A stretch of DNA of 63,195 nucleotides, the filler included, from Anaerolineae bacterium (GTDB lineage Bacteria > Chloroflexota > Anaerolineae > Epilineales > Epilineaceae): assembly GCA_029262755.1 (NCBI GenBank). It is 4 parts of 4 records of this genome, joined end to end, with 100 filler letters (N's around TTAATTAATTAA, not from the genome) between each part and the next. Parts side by side here need not be neighbours in the genome. Positions count along the whole stretch, not along the records: positions 18,027 to 46,236 come from JAJCYU010000045.1; positions 46,337 to 59,464 come from JAJCYU010000046.1; 2 more parts are not named here. One strand, 5' to 3'. Made by a program: the position numbers and the translations under genes. Below the pieces are notes generated by a model. It saw nothing but the letters and a program-made list of their open reading frames with translations, was not told where the DNA came from and made no database searches. Of this stretch, positions 42,014-50,720 are shown piece after piece. Numbering within the stretch: position 1 is the stretch's first letter; each line of letters opens with the position of its first letter.

Positions 42014-44044
42014 CTACAGCTGCCGCGCCGAGCTCTTGATCGCGACGACCGCCGGACCGTCGTGTGCGAGCGCGCGATGGAGCGCCGGCCGCACCTCGCG
42101 CGCCGTCGTGACCCGAATCCCGAGGGCGCCGCAGTTCTCTGCGTATGACGCGAAGTTCGGGTTGGACAGGCCGGTTTGCCAAGGGTGGTATCCGCCGGCC
42201 TGCTGCTCTTTCGTAATCTTCGCCAGCTCGCCGTTGTCCAACAAGATCAGGGTGATCGGCATCTTGTACCGCACGGCGGTGTTTAGCTCGGCCATGTACT
42301 GCCCGAATCCACCGTCGCCGGCGATAGCGACGATGGCGCGCTCCGGCGCCGCCGACCATGCGCCCATCGCTGCCGGGAAGGCGAAGCCGATCGAGCCGAG
42401 GTAGCCGCTCATCAGCACGTCCTGTCCGCGGCTCTCGAAGTACTTGCCGAACGCGTACGCGTTGTTGCCTACGTCGACAGTGATCACCGCATCGTCCGGG
42501 CATACCTCGGACAACTCCTGGAAAATGCGGGCGTTGGGCACCCGTCCCTCCGCGTCCTTCGCGCTCGCGATGCGATGCTTCTCGCCGCGCCAATGGTCCC
42601 AGATCTTGGCGACATAGGCTCTTCGCTCGGGGCGGCTCACGGCCGGCAGCGCTTCCCGCAGCCGCTGGACCGTGCGTCCGATCTCGCCCCAAAGCGGGAC
42701 GTCCACCGGATGGAATTTGCCCAGCGTGAGCCGGTCGTAGTCCACCTGGATCGTCTTCTTCTTTGTGCTGATCCCCGTGTGGTTGCTGAAGCTCGCACCG
42801 AGCACCAACAGGACATCGCTCTTGCCCATGGTGGCGCTGGCTACCGGAGTGCCGCTTCGGCCCAGCACGCCGCACGCAAGGGGATGCGCATCCGTGACAG
42901 CGCCCTTGGCCTTGAACGTAGTGAGCACGGGGGCGTCGATGTGTTCGGCCAGCGCAAGGACGGCATCGGCATGCGCGCGACCTCCCTGCCCGAGCACGAT
43001 CGCCGGGGCGTCGGCGCTCGCGAGGAGCTCGATCGCCCGCGCAAGCTCGTCCTCGGGCGGTGCGATGCGATCCGGCGCCAGACGTCCGGCCGGCCCCGAT
43101 GTCGCTGCCCCCGCGTGGGCCGGGAGGTCCTGCATCTCGTCGGGAAAGATCAGATGCCCGACGCCCTGCTCGACGACCGCATGCTTGATGGCGAGCGCCA
43201 TCAGCTCGCCGGCATTCTCGGGGCGGAGGACGGTTTGGCTCCACGTCGTGACGGCGCGGAATGCATCATCGAGCGGCACTTCCTGAAATGCGCCGGGACC
43301 CAAGATTTGCGTTTGAACTTGTCCCGTAAGCGCCAAGATCGGCACCCGATCGGTCTTGGCGTCCCACAATCCGGTAAGGAGGTTTGTCGCGCCGGGTCCG
43401 GCGATCGAGAAGCAGGCGGCCGGCCGGCCGGTCAGCTTCGCGTGACCGCTCGCGGCGAAGGAGGCCGCGCCCTCGTGACGAATCCCGAAGTAGCGCAGAC
43501 GCCCGGCCTCCTCGGCCTTGTAGAGCGCGTCGGCCAGCCCGAGGTTGCTGTGTCCGACCATGCCGAAGACGCGATCGACGCCCCACGCGATCATCGTGTC
43601 GACCATCTGATCCATCAGCGTGGGCTCGTGTGTAGGCTCAACCACGCCCACGTAGATACCGTCCGCACGTTCCTCGACCGGCCATGCGTCCACGGCCTCA
43701 TCGTCGAATTCTCCCGGCGGCTTGCCGTTTTGGGGATCGTACTCCCACCCATGCCAAGGGCAGACTACGTATCCGTCTTGCAGGAAGCCGTCGCCGAGAG
43801 GACCCCCTTGATGCGGACATCGATTGCTGATCGCGCCGTAGCCATCCGCGCTCCGGCTCAAACAGACAGCGTGGTGGCCCGCCTGCACCGTGGCCAGACC
43901 GCCTTCGGCGAGGAGGGTCGTGTCGGCCACTCGAAACCATGTGTAGCGACCGACTTGCTCACCGCCGAGTTCGTGGACGGATGGCTGAGGCGCCAGCGGG
44001 CCATCCGGGGGCGCGGGCATCGCGGCGGAGATCGGGCTGGGCAT
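42014..44044 (-). CDS. Rieske [2Fe-2S] domain fused to a ThDP-dependent pyruvate-oxidase-like enzyme
   Basis: CPHQGGPL...CPWHG Rieske motif; RHEGAASF, GPGATN and GDGG...N ThDP motifs. Confidence 0.88.
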   Translation of the reverse strand: MPSPISAAMPAPPDGPLAPQPSVHELGGEQVGRYTWFRVADTTLLAEGGLATVQAGHHAVCLSRSADGYGAISNRCPHQGGPLGDGFLQDGYVVCPWHGWEYDPQNGKPPGEFDDEAVDAWPVEERADGIYVGVVEPTHEPTLMDQMVDTMIAWGVDRVFGMVGHSNLGLADALYKAEEAGRLRYFGIRHEGAASFAASGHAKLTGRPAACFSIAGPGATNLLTGLWDAKTDRVPILALTGQVQTQILGPGAFQEVPLDDAFRAVTTWSQTVLRPENAGELMALAIKHAVVEQGVGHLIFPDEMQDLPAHAGAATSGPAGRLAPDRIAPPEDELARAIELLASADAPAIVLGQGGRAHADAVLALAEHIDAPVLTTFKAKGAVTDAHPLACGVLGRSGTPVASATMGKSDVLLVLGASFSNHTGISTKKKTIQVDYDRLTLGKFHPVDVPLWGEIGRTVQRLREALPAVSRPERRAYVAKIWDHWRGEKHRIASAKDAEGRVPNARIFQELSEVCPDDAVITVDVGNNAYAFGKYFESRGQDVLMSGYLGSIGFAFPAAMGAWSAAPERAIVAIAGDGGFGQYMAELNTAVRYKMPITLILLDNGELAKITKEQQAGGYHPWQTGLSNPNFASYAENCGALGIRVTTAREVRPALHRALAHDGPAVVAIKSSARQL

Positions 44045-44296
44045 GGGTAGCTCCGTAGTGGTTCGAGGAGGCGGCCGAGCGGATCGAAACGGGCGCCGCG
44101 ATCCAGCGTGCGCGTGGCTGCGGGTCACCGGGCGTAGTCGGCCATACACGCGAGACCGTTTCGTCGCCGTCGCAGTCTGGCTCGTTCGCGCCGTTTCCGT
44201 GGTGGGGGGGGCGACCAGAGGTAAGGGACGGGCACCGTAGCACGTCGAGCACCTGTGACGCGAGACGCGGCGCTGATTTCACCCACGTTGGGCTAT

Positions 44297-44455
44297 GGGC
44301 TCGTCAAACGATCACAGGCGCTATTCGGCCACCGCCTGGCTGCCCCAGCGCCCCGCTGCTCCACCGCAATGGCGCTGCCATTACCTCGTCACCGCGAACC
44401 ACGGGAACAGCCAAGCGGCGCCGTCGGTAGCAGCCTCCTATTGTTTGACGAGCCC
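44297..44455. mobile_element. 159-bp MITE / internally deleted IS remnant
   Basis: Perfect 13-bp terminal inverted repeats GGGCTCGTCAAAC / GTTTGACGAGCCC with imperfect extension; flanking TAT direct repeat (44294-44296 and 44456-44458). Confidence 0.7.
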
Positions 44456-44524
44456 TATGGCTAGCATGGTCGGCCGCTCTTCGTAGGCTGACCTAGACCG
44501 CCCACCCGTCCTGGATGTTGTCCG

Positions 44525-46236
44525 ATGCGCTCCGAGTTGCTCAATCTGTTGCGCCTTCTGGGCAGCCGCCGCCGTCGCTACGGGTGGGGCGCGCTCTTCC
44601 TCGCCCTGTCCGATGGTGGGCAGCTAGGCGTCGCTTGGTTGGTCGGCGAGGCGATCGATGCCTTGTCCGGATCCGGGCCGACGCCGGACCTCACGTCCTA
44701 CGTAGCCGGAATTGCCGTCCTCGCGGTCGTCATTGCGGCCGCGCGCGTGGGATGGCGTATCGCCATCTTCGGCAGCGCGAGGCAGATCGAGCGGGACCTT
44801 CGCCAACGCTTGTACGACCACCTGCAACGTCAAGACGCGCGCTTCTATCTGGGACGTAAGACCGGTGCGATGATGGCCTACGCCACCAACGACATCCCGG
44901 CGGTTCAAATGGCCGCGGCCGGCGGCATGATGGCGGGGCTGGACGCCGGCATCCAGTTCCTGGGCGCAGCCGTCATGATGACGCTCACCGTCGACGCGCG
45001 GCTCACGGCCTTCGCGCTCCTGCCGCTCTTGCTGCTGACGCCCGTGTCCTACGTGCTCGGGCGACGCCTGCACGGCGAGTTTCGTATCGCCCAGGGCGCG
45101 TTCGCGGACCTCAGCGACCGCGTGCAGGAAGCCATCGCCGGCGTGCGCGTGGTGAAGGGTTTCGCCGTCGAGGACGTCCAACGAGGACGGTTTGCTGCGG
45201 CGAACGAGGCCTACCGCTCCGCCTTCTCGCGCATGCTGCGCTGGGATGTGGCTTTTGAGCCCGCGATCGGCCTGCTCGCAGGCATCGCCTTTGCGGTCAC
45301 GCTGGGCTACGGCGGGCTTCTGGTGGGTCGCGGCGAGATCAGCATCGGACGCTACGTGGCGTTCTTTACCTATCTGCGCATGATGATTTGGCCGATGATG
45401 GCGGTCGGTCGGGTGACCAACCTGTTCCAGCGGGCGACGGCGAGCCTGGCGCGCCTCGACACCCTCTTTGCCATCGAACCCGTCGTGCGGGACGACGACG
45501 CGGCTGTTGCCCTACCGGCTGTGCGCGGCCACGTGGAAGCCCGCGATCTCTCCTTCCGCTACGGTGCGGACCTGCCTTGGGCCGTGGCGGGCATGAACTT
45601 CGATCTTGCTCCCGGACGAACCCTTGGCATTCTCGGGCGCACGGGCAGCGGCAAGAGCACGATCGCGCGCCTCTTGCTGCGCGTAGACGATCCGCCACGA
45701 GGCTCGTTGTGGTTGGATGGCACGGATGTGCGTGCGGCCAGGCTCTCCGATCTGCGAAGGGCGGTGGCCTATGTTCCCCAGGAGGGCTTCCTGTTCTCGC
45801 GCAGCATCCACGACAATATCGCCTTCGCGCCGGGCGCCCACGACCGGGCAGCGGTCGAGCGTGCGGCTCAGCTGGCCGATGTCGCCCGCGACATCGAGCA
45901 GTTTCCAGCAGGCTACGACACCGTTCTCGGGGAGCGGGGCGTCACCCTCTCCGGCGGACAGCGGCAGCGCGTCTGCCTCGCCCGCGCCTTGCTCGTCGAG
46001 GCGCCCGTCCTCGTGTTGGACGACTGCCTTTCGGCGGTGGATACCCTGACGGAGGCGCGGATCCTTGCGGGGCTGCGCCCCTACACCGCCGAGCGGACCA
46101 CCATCGTCATCGCACACCGGATCTCGGCGCTGCGGCATGCCGACGAGATCCTGGTGCTCGAGGAAGGTCACGTGATCGAGCGGGGTACGCATGACGCGCT
46201 GCTTGTCGCGGACGGCGAATACGCGTCCGTATGGCG
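44525..46236 (+). CDS. ABC multidrug exporter half-transporter (cut at contig end)
   Basis: TMD plus GRTGSGKS, LSGGQRQR and LDDCLSAVD (degenerate Walker B). Confidence 0.9.
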
Positions 46237-46336
46237 NNNNNNNNNNNNNNNNNNNNNNNNNNNNNNNNNNNNNNNNNNNNTTAATTAATTAANNNNNNNN
46301 NNNNNNNNNNNNNNNNNNNNNNNNNNNNNNNNNNNN
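46237..46336. other. Artificial contig linker
   Basis: N-run + TTAATTAATTAA + N-run. Confidence 0.98.
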
Positions 46337-46337
46337 C

Positions 46338-46478
46338 ACCACCTTCGGCGGCCTCAACGTCTTCGACGGCGAGTACCCCGGCGACGACTGGACCCTCCGC
46401 ATCACCGACAACCTCCCCGGCGACAACGGCGAGCTCCGCAACTGGACCATCCAGGTAAGCACCGAGCCCATCCCGTAA
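46338..46478 (+). CDS. C-terminal fragment of a proprotein-convertase P-domain-like protein
   Basis: Hand translation: TTFGGLNVFDGEYPGDDWTLRITDNLPGDNGELRNWTIQVSTEPIP*. Confidence 0.7.
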   Translation, partial: TTFGGLNVFDGEYPGDDWTLRITDNLPGDNGELRNWTIQVSTEPIP

Positions 46479-46559
46479 CGCTTGACACTAGGGCGTAGCC
46501 GGCCCGGGATCCCGTGCCCGGGCCGGCCCCACGCCCAGCTCGCCACGACCGCGGACGTT

Positions 46560-46897
46560 GATCGCGGAAGGTGAGACTAAGGGGCAGCAAGAGTAGAAGC
46601 AGACGCAGGTGCAGGTCGCAGCGGTAGGTAGCAGATACAGCTGCAGGAAGAAGCGCCGGGCAGGAAGTTACGGGAAAGAGTCAGGCCCGGTATCCAGTAC
46701 ACGTACTCGAAGCAACACACGGAACACACGGCGCGCGCAGCAGACGGTCGCGAAGATGGTCGCAGCGACGACGCAGGATCGCGATCCACGTGCCGGCAGC
46801 ACGATACGCAGCACGTAGCGCAGCATCCCCGCAACCGCGGGACGGGTGGCCACCCGCCGACCTCCGGCCATCCCGTCTCGCGGTTGTGTTTGTTGTT
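46560..46897 (+). ncRNA. Putative GCAG-rich non-coding RNA ending in a terminator
   Basis: T-poor intergenic tract with about 15 GCAG copies (hand count), closed by CAACCGCGGGACGGGTGGCC / GGCCATCCCGTCTCGCGGTTG hairpin and a U-rich tail. Confidence 0.4.
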
Positions 46898-47172
46898 GCG
46901 AGAACGGAATCCGTGGATTTGGGCGAACGCGAGGGGGTGCAGGGTGCCCCCTTCGCGGAAGGCGCAGCGGTGGGATTGTGACGTTGGAGCGCGAGCTTTA
47001 TGGACGTTTCTGAACATCGGGTAGTCGCGCGCTGATGAGAGTATCCCATCGGCTCATATCGTTCTCGAACTGAACGCGTTCGCCCCATTTCCCGTTCGTG
47101 TCGCGTTGGGCCTTGATCGTGCCTGGACGTCGGCGCACCGTGGATCGATCCCCTCTGATGTAGGATTGCGCT

Positions 47173-49119
47173 ATGCATAATCGTGGCTGGTTTACGTTTC
47201 TTAGTTATGACGAGTCGAAAGGGGCGCCCAAGATCGATCGGGCGCTCCTGCTGCGCGTAGCTGGGTGGGCGCGCCCGTACGCCAAGGGCGTGACGGGCAT
47301 GCTGCTGCTGTTGCTCGTGATTTCGGTCGTCGAGTTGTTGCCGCCCTATCTGTACGGGCAGTTGATCAACGAGTTGGCGGGCGAAGAGCCGACGTTGACC
47401 ATCCCCCGACTCAACCTCCTGGCAGCCGGGCTGCTCGGAGCGCCGCTGATCAGCAACCTTTTGGGCGTAGCGCAGCGGCATCTCTCCGCCTCGATCGGAG
47501 AGGGGCTGATCTACGACTTGCGCGTGCAAACTTATGCGCACGTGCAACGGTTGGGTCTGCGCTTCTTCACGGAGACGAAGGCCGGCGACATTATCTCGCG
47601 CTTCAATAACGACGTGATCGGCGCCCAGAGCGCGGTGACGAACACGATCCCCAACATCGTGACGAACGTGCTCACCCTGGTCACGACGCTCGCGGTCATG
47701 ATCGCGATGGAATGGCGGTTGACGCTCTTGGCCGTGGCGGTCCTGCCGCTGTTCTTGATGCCGACGCGCCGAATCGGGCGGATCCTGCGAGTGATCCGGC
47801 GTGAAGCCGCGGAGCATCAAGCGGCGATGTCCAGCCAGCTTCAAGAGACGGTCAACGTCAGCGGCGCATTGCTGGTGCGGACCTTCGGGCGGCAGAGAGC
47901 GACCGCGGCTCGCTTCGCGGGAACGGCAGCGGCGGTGCGAGACATCGGGATCCGGCGGGCCGTCGTGGGACGCTGGTTCTTCCTGGGACTCGGCATCGCC
48001 GGGGCGATCGGAACCGCGCTCATGTATTGGGCGGGCGGCTATCTGGCGCTGAAGGAAAACCTTGATCCCGGCACGATCGTGGCATTCGCGGCCTATCTGA
48101 CCCGTTTGTACGGGCCGATCTCGGGGCTATCCAACGTGCAGGTTGAGTTCGCATCCAGCTTGGTGAGCTTCGAGCGGGTATTCGAGTACCTGGATCTACC
48201 GGTAGAAGTCGACGAGCGGGATGGCGCGGTCGAGCTGGAGAACGTCGATGGGCGGCTCGTGCTCGACGACATCTGGTTCAGCTATGCGGCGAATCCCGCG
48301 AAGGGCGGGGAAGCGGCGATGCCGCCGGAGGACGAGGCGGCGGTTCCCGCGAACGGCCTGTCGGATCCGGAGGACGATGAGGCGGTCGCCCCGGCCCGAG
48401 CGCGACGATGGGCGATTCGCGAGGTCAGCGCGGAGATCGCGCCGGGCACCGTGACGGCGCTCGTCGGCCCGAGTGGATCGGGCAAGACGACGGTCTCCTA
48501 TCTCGTGGCGCGTTTGTACGATCCGACGCGGGGGCGAATCACGTTGGACGGGCATGACCTGCGGGACCTGAGCCTGGCCACGTTGGCGCGGCACATTGGT
48601 GTGGTAACCCAAGAGACCTATCTCTTCCACGACACGATTCGGGCGAATCTAGCCTTCGCGCGGCCGGATGCGAGCCAAGATGAGATCGAGGATGCGGCAC
48701 GAGCGGCGAACATTCATGATCACGTGACGGGCCTGCCCGATGGATACGACACGGTCGTCGGAGAACGAGGCTACCGCTTGTCGGGCGGAGAGAAGCAGCG
48801 GTTGGCGCTGGCGCGTGTGATCCTCAAGGATCCGAGCATCCTCGTGCTCGATGAGGCGACGAGCCATCTGGATAGCCAGAACGAGGCCCTGGTGCAGGAA
48901 GCACTCAGCCGCGTCATGCAAGGCCGGACGAACGTCGTCATCGCGCATCGGCTTTCGACGGTGCGTGCGGCGGATCAGATCTTGGTCGTGCAAGCGGGCG
49001 AGGTCGTCGAGCGCGGAACGCACGACGAACTCCTCGCAGCGGCGGGGCTGTACTCCGATCTGCACGAGACACAGTTCCGCGAAGGCGATGCAGCGGGTGC
49101 AGGGGCCGTGCGGTCGTAG
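47173..49119 (+). CDS. ABC exporter (TMD+NBD)
   Basis: GPSGSGKT, LSGGEKQR and LDEATSHLD motifs. Confidence 0.92.
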   Translation: MHNRGWFTFLSYDESKGAPKIDRALLLRVAGWARPYAKGVTGMLLLLLVISVVELLPPYLYGQLINELAGEEPTLTIPRLNLLAAGLLGAPLISNLLGVAQRHLSASIGEGLIYDLRVQTYAHVQRLGLRFFTETKAGDIISRFNNDVIGAQSAVTNTIPNIVTNVLTLVTTLAVMIAMEWRLTLLAVAVLPLFLMPTRRIGRILRVIRREAAEHQAAMSSQLQETVNVSGALLVRTFGRQRATAARFAGTAAAVRDIGIRRAVVGRWFFLGLGIAGAIGTALMYWAGGYLALKENLDPGTIVAFAAYLTRLYGPISGLSNVQVEFASSLVSFERVFEYLDLPVEVDERDGAVELENVDGRLVLDDIWFSYAANPAKGGEAAMPPEDEAAVPANGLSDPEDDEAVAPARARRWAIREVSAEIAPGTVTALVGPSGSGKTTVSYLVARLYDPTRGRITLDGHDLRDLSLATLARHIGVVTQETYLFHDTIRANLAFARPDASQDEIEDAARAANIHDHVTGLPDGYDTVVGERGYRLSGGEKQRLALARVILKDPSILVLDEATSHLDSQNEALVQEALSRVMQGRTNVVIAHRLSTVRAADQILVVQAGEVVERGTHDELLAAAGLYSDLHETQFREGDAAGAGAVRS

Positions 49120-49265
49120 AGGCCAAGGCGCCGTCCGGATCCGACCCGAAAATAGTTCTTTACGCGTCACGAAAGCCCGGCTATACTTGCGCGTCGTTGC
49201 CCTTATTCGCGGTCTGTCATTGATCGCCCGAAACTCTACGTATGCAGAAGGTAGGAGCATTACCC

Positions 49266-49550
49266 ATGGCCAATATGGCATCCGCCAAGAAGCGTGCCCG
49301 TCAGAATCCGAAGCTCTATGCTCGCAACCGGTGGTATCGTGGCCGAGCGCGCACCTTCATAAAGCGCGCGCGAGCCCTGATGGAAGCGGGCGAGAAGGAC
49401 GAGGCGCAAACCATGATGCAGATGGCGTGCCGCGCGTTGGACATGGCCGCCCAGAAGGGTGCGATCCACGACAACAACGCGTCGCGCCGCAAGTCGCGCC
49501 TGATGAAGTTGTTCAACAAGTCCTTCAACGAGGCTGCAGTCGAGGCCTAG
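49266..49550 (+). CDS. rpsT: 30S ribosomal protein S20
   Basis: MANMASAKKRARQ...LDMAAQKGAIHDNNASRRKSRL; AGGAG RBS; TTTACG-17-TATACT promoter candidate at 49159-49187. Confidence 0.95.
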   Translation: MANMASAKKRARQNPKLYARNRWYRGRARTFIKRARALMEAGEKDEAQTMMQMACRALDMAAQKGAIHDNNASRRKSRLMKLFNKSFNEAAVEA

Positions 49551-49588
49551 ACCCGGCCGCTCTCTGTCTCAACATTCGTCGTACGACC

Positions 49589-49620
49589 GGACATCGCCCA
49601 CACGGGCGGTGTCCTTTGTC
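49589..49620 (+). terminator. Intrinsic terminator after rpsT
   Basis: GGACATCGCCC-ACAC-GGGCGGTGTCC-TTTGTC. Confidence 0.75.
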
Positions 49621-49627
49621 GTTGCTG

Positions 49628-49675
49628 TTGACTCCGAACACTTGTTCTGATATCCTCCAGTAGAACAGACGTTCG
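49628..49675 (+). promoter_or_regulatory. Sigma70 promoter with two LexA (GAAC-N4-GTTC) boxes
   Basis: TTGACT-17-TATCCT; CGAACACTTGTTCT (49635-49648) in the spacer and AGAACAGACGTTCG (49662-49675) over the start site. Confidence 0.8.
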
Positions 49676-49740
49676 AATTCTCGTATCGCACTGTAGCCGC
49701 CACCTGGCTGCGGTTCGGAACCGGCGAAGGAGGGTCGAAA

Positions 49741-50409
49741 ATGACGCATGTGGCCCAGGGATTGTTGCTCGACGACACCATCGATGTGAGCGCGCGGAAG
49801 CCGCAGCTCGTAGCCGTCGATGCGCCTATCGCTCCGGAGCTTTCCCCGGCGGAGGCACGGGCCAACGCCCGACGACGCCATCGACCGGCATTCTACCGAC
49901 GCGACCGACAGCTCAAGCTCGTGCTGCTACCGCCGTTGGCGCCCGCCCCCGCGGACGCGTCTGCTCCCATCCTAGATCTAGACCGCGTTGCAGCCACGAT
50001 CGCTTCGGTGACGGAGCGGACCGACGGCGCCAGGGGCCTCGAAGCACCGATCGCGTTCAAGGCGAGTGCCACGGGTGTTCGGACGATTCAGGTGAACGAT
50101 GAGAGCATGCGTGACGCCGGAGTTGCGGCGGGCGACGCGCTCCTGATCGGCGGGACCGGCGGTGACGCCTTGGCCGATTCGCCCGCTGGCGTTGAATTCG
50201 ATGACGGCGCTCTTCTGGCACTGCGTGTGTCGGATGGTCCTCTGTGTCTGCGACGCGTGTTCAACGCGGGGGATGATTGGCTGCATCTTCAGGCCGAGGA
50301 TCCCGAGATTCCGGTCGCAACAGCTCAGCGTTGCGATGTCTCGGTCGAGGGCAAGGTGATCACGATCGTACGTGCCGTCCGCGGGCCTGAAGTCCACGAT
50401 CGTAGCTAG
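49741..50409 (+). CDS. LexA/S24 C-terminal-domain-like protein, degenerate, no obvious wHTH
   Basis: VNDESMRDAGVAAGD...LCLRRV...LQAEDP...VEGKVITIVR aligns by eye to the LexA C-terminal domain; GAAGGAGG RBS. Confidence 0.7.
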   Translation: MTHVAQGLLLDDTIDVSARKPQLVAVDAPIAPELSPAEARANARRRHRPAFYRRDRQLKLVLLPPLAPAPADASAPILDLDRVAATIASVTERTDGARGLEAPIAFKASATGVRTIQVNDESMRDAGVAAGDALLIGGTGGDALADSPAGVEFDDGALLALRVSDGPLCLRRVFNAGDDWLHLQAEDPEIPVATAQRCDVSVEGKVITIVRAVRGPEVHDRS

Positions 50410-50720
50410 CTGGCACACCGTCGGGACCCGCTCCGCGCGTCGATTCCGACCCGACACAGCGGTTCTGCGGCGCCCGCACAGCGCCGCGTTCGCGGTCCCA
50501 ATTGAGCGAGGGCGCCTCGTAGCGGAGGCGCCCTTCGCTCGTTCGCGTCCCGACGGAGAGCCGGGCGAAGAGGCGGCCGGGGTCGCGCGTCCGGTGAGAC
50601 GGTAGATTCGGGTGCGCGACCGGCGTTTCAGCGGATTCTGCGCCGGCGAGGGGCCGACGATCGACGCCAATCTCCTGCTCGTTCTTGTGCCGCACTTGGC
50701 CGTCGGTATCCTTGCCGCTG

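Noticed and set aside
47060..47085. GAAC/GTTC half-sites upstream of the ABC exporter
   Set aside because: Spacing is not N4 (GAAC-GC-GTTC), so it is not a canonical LexA box
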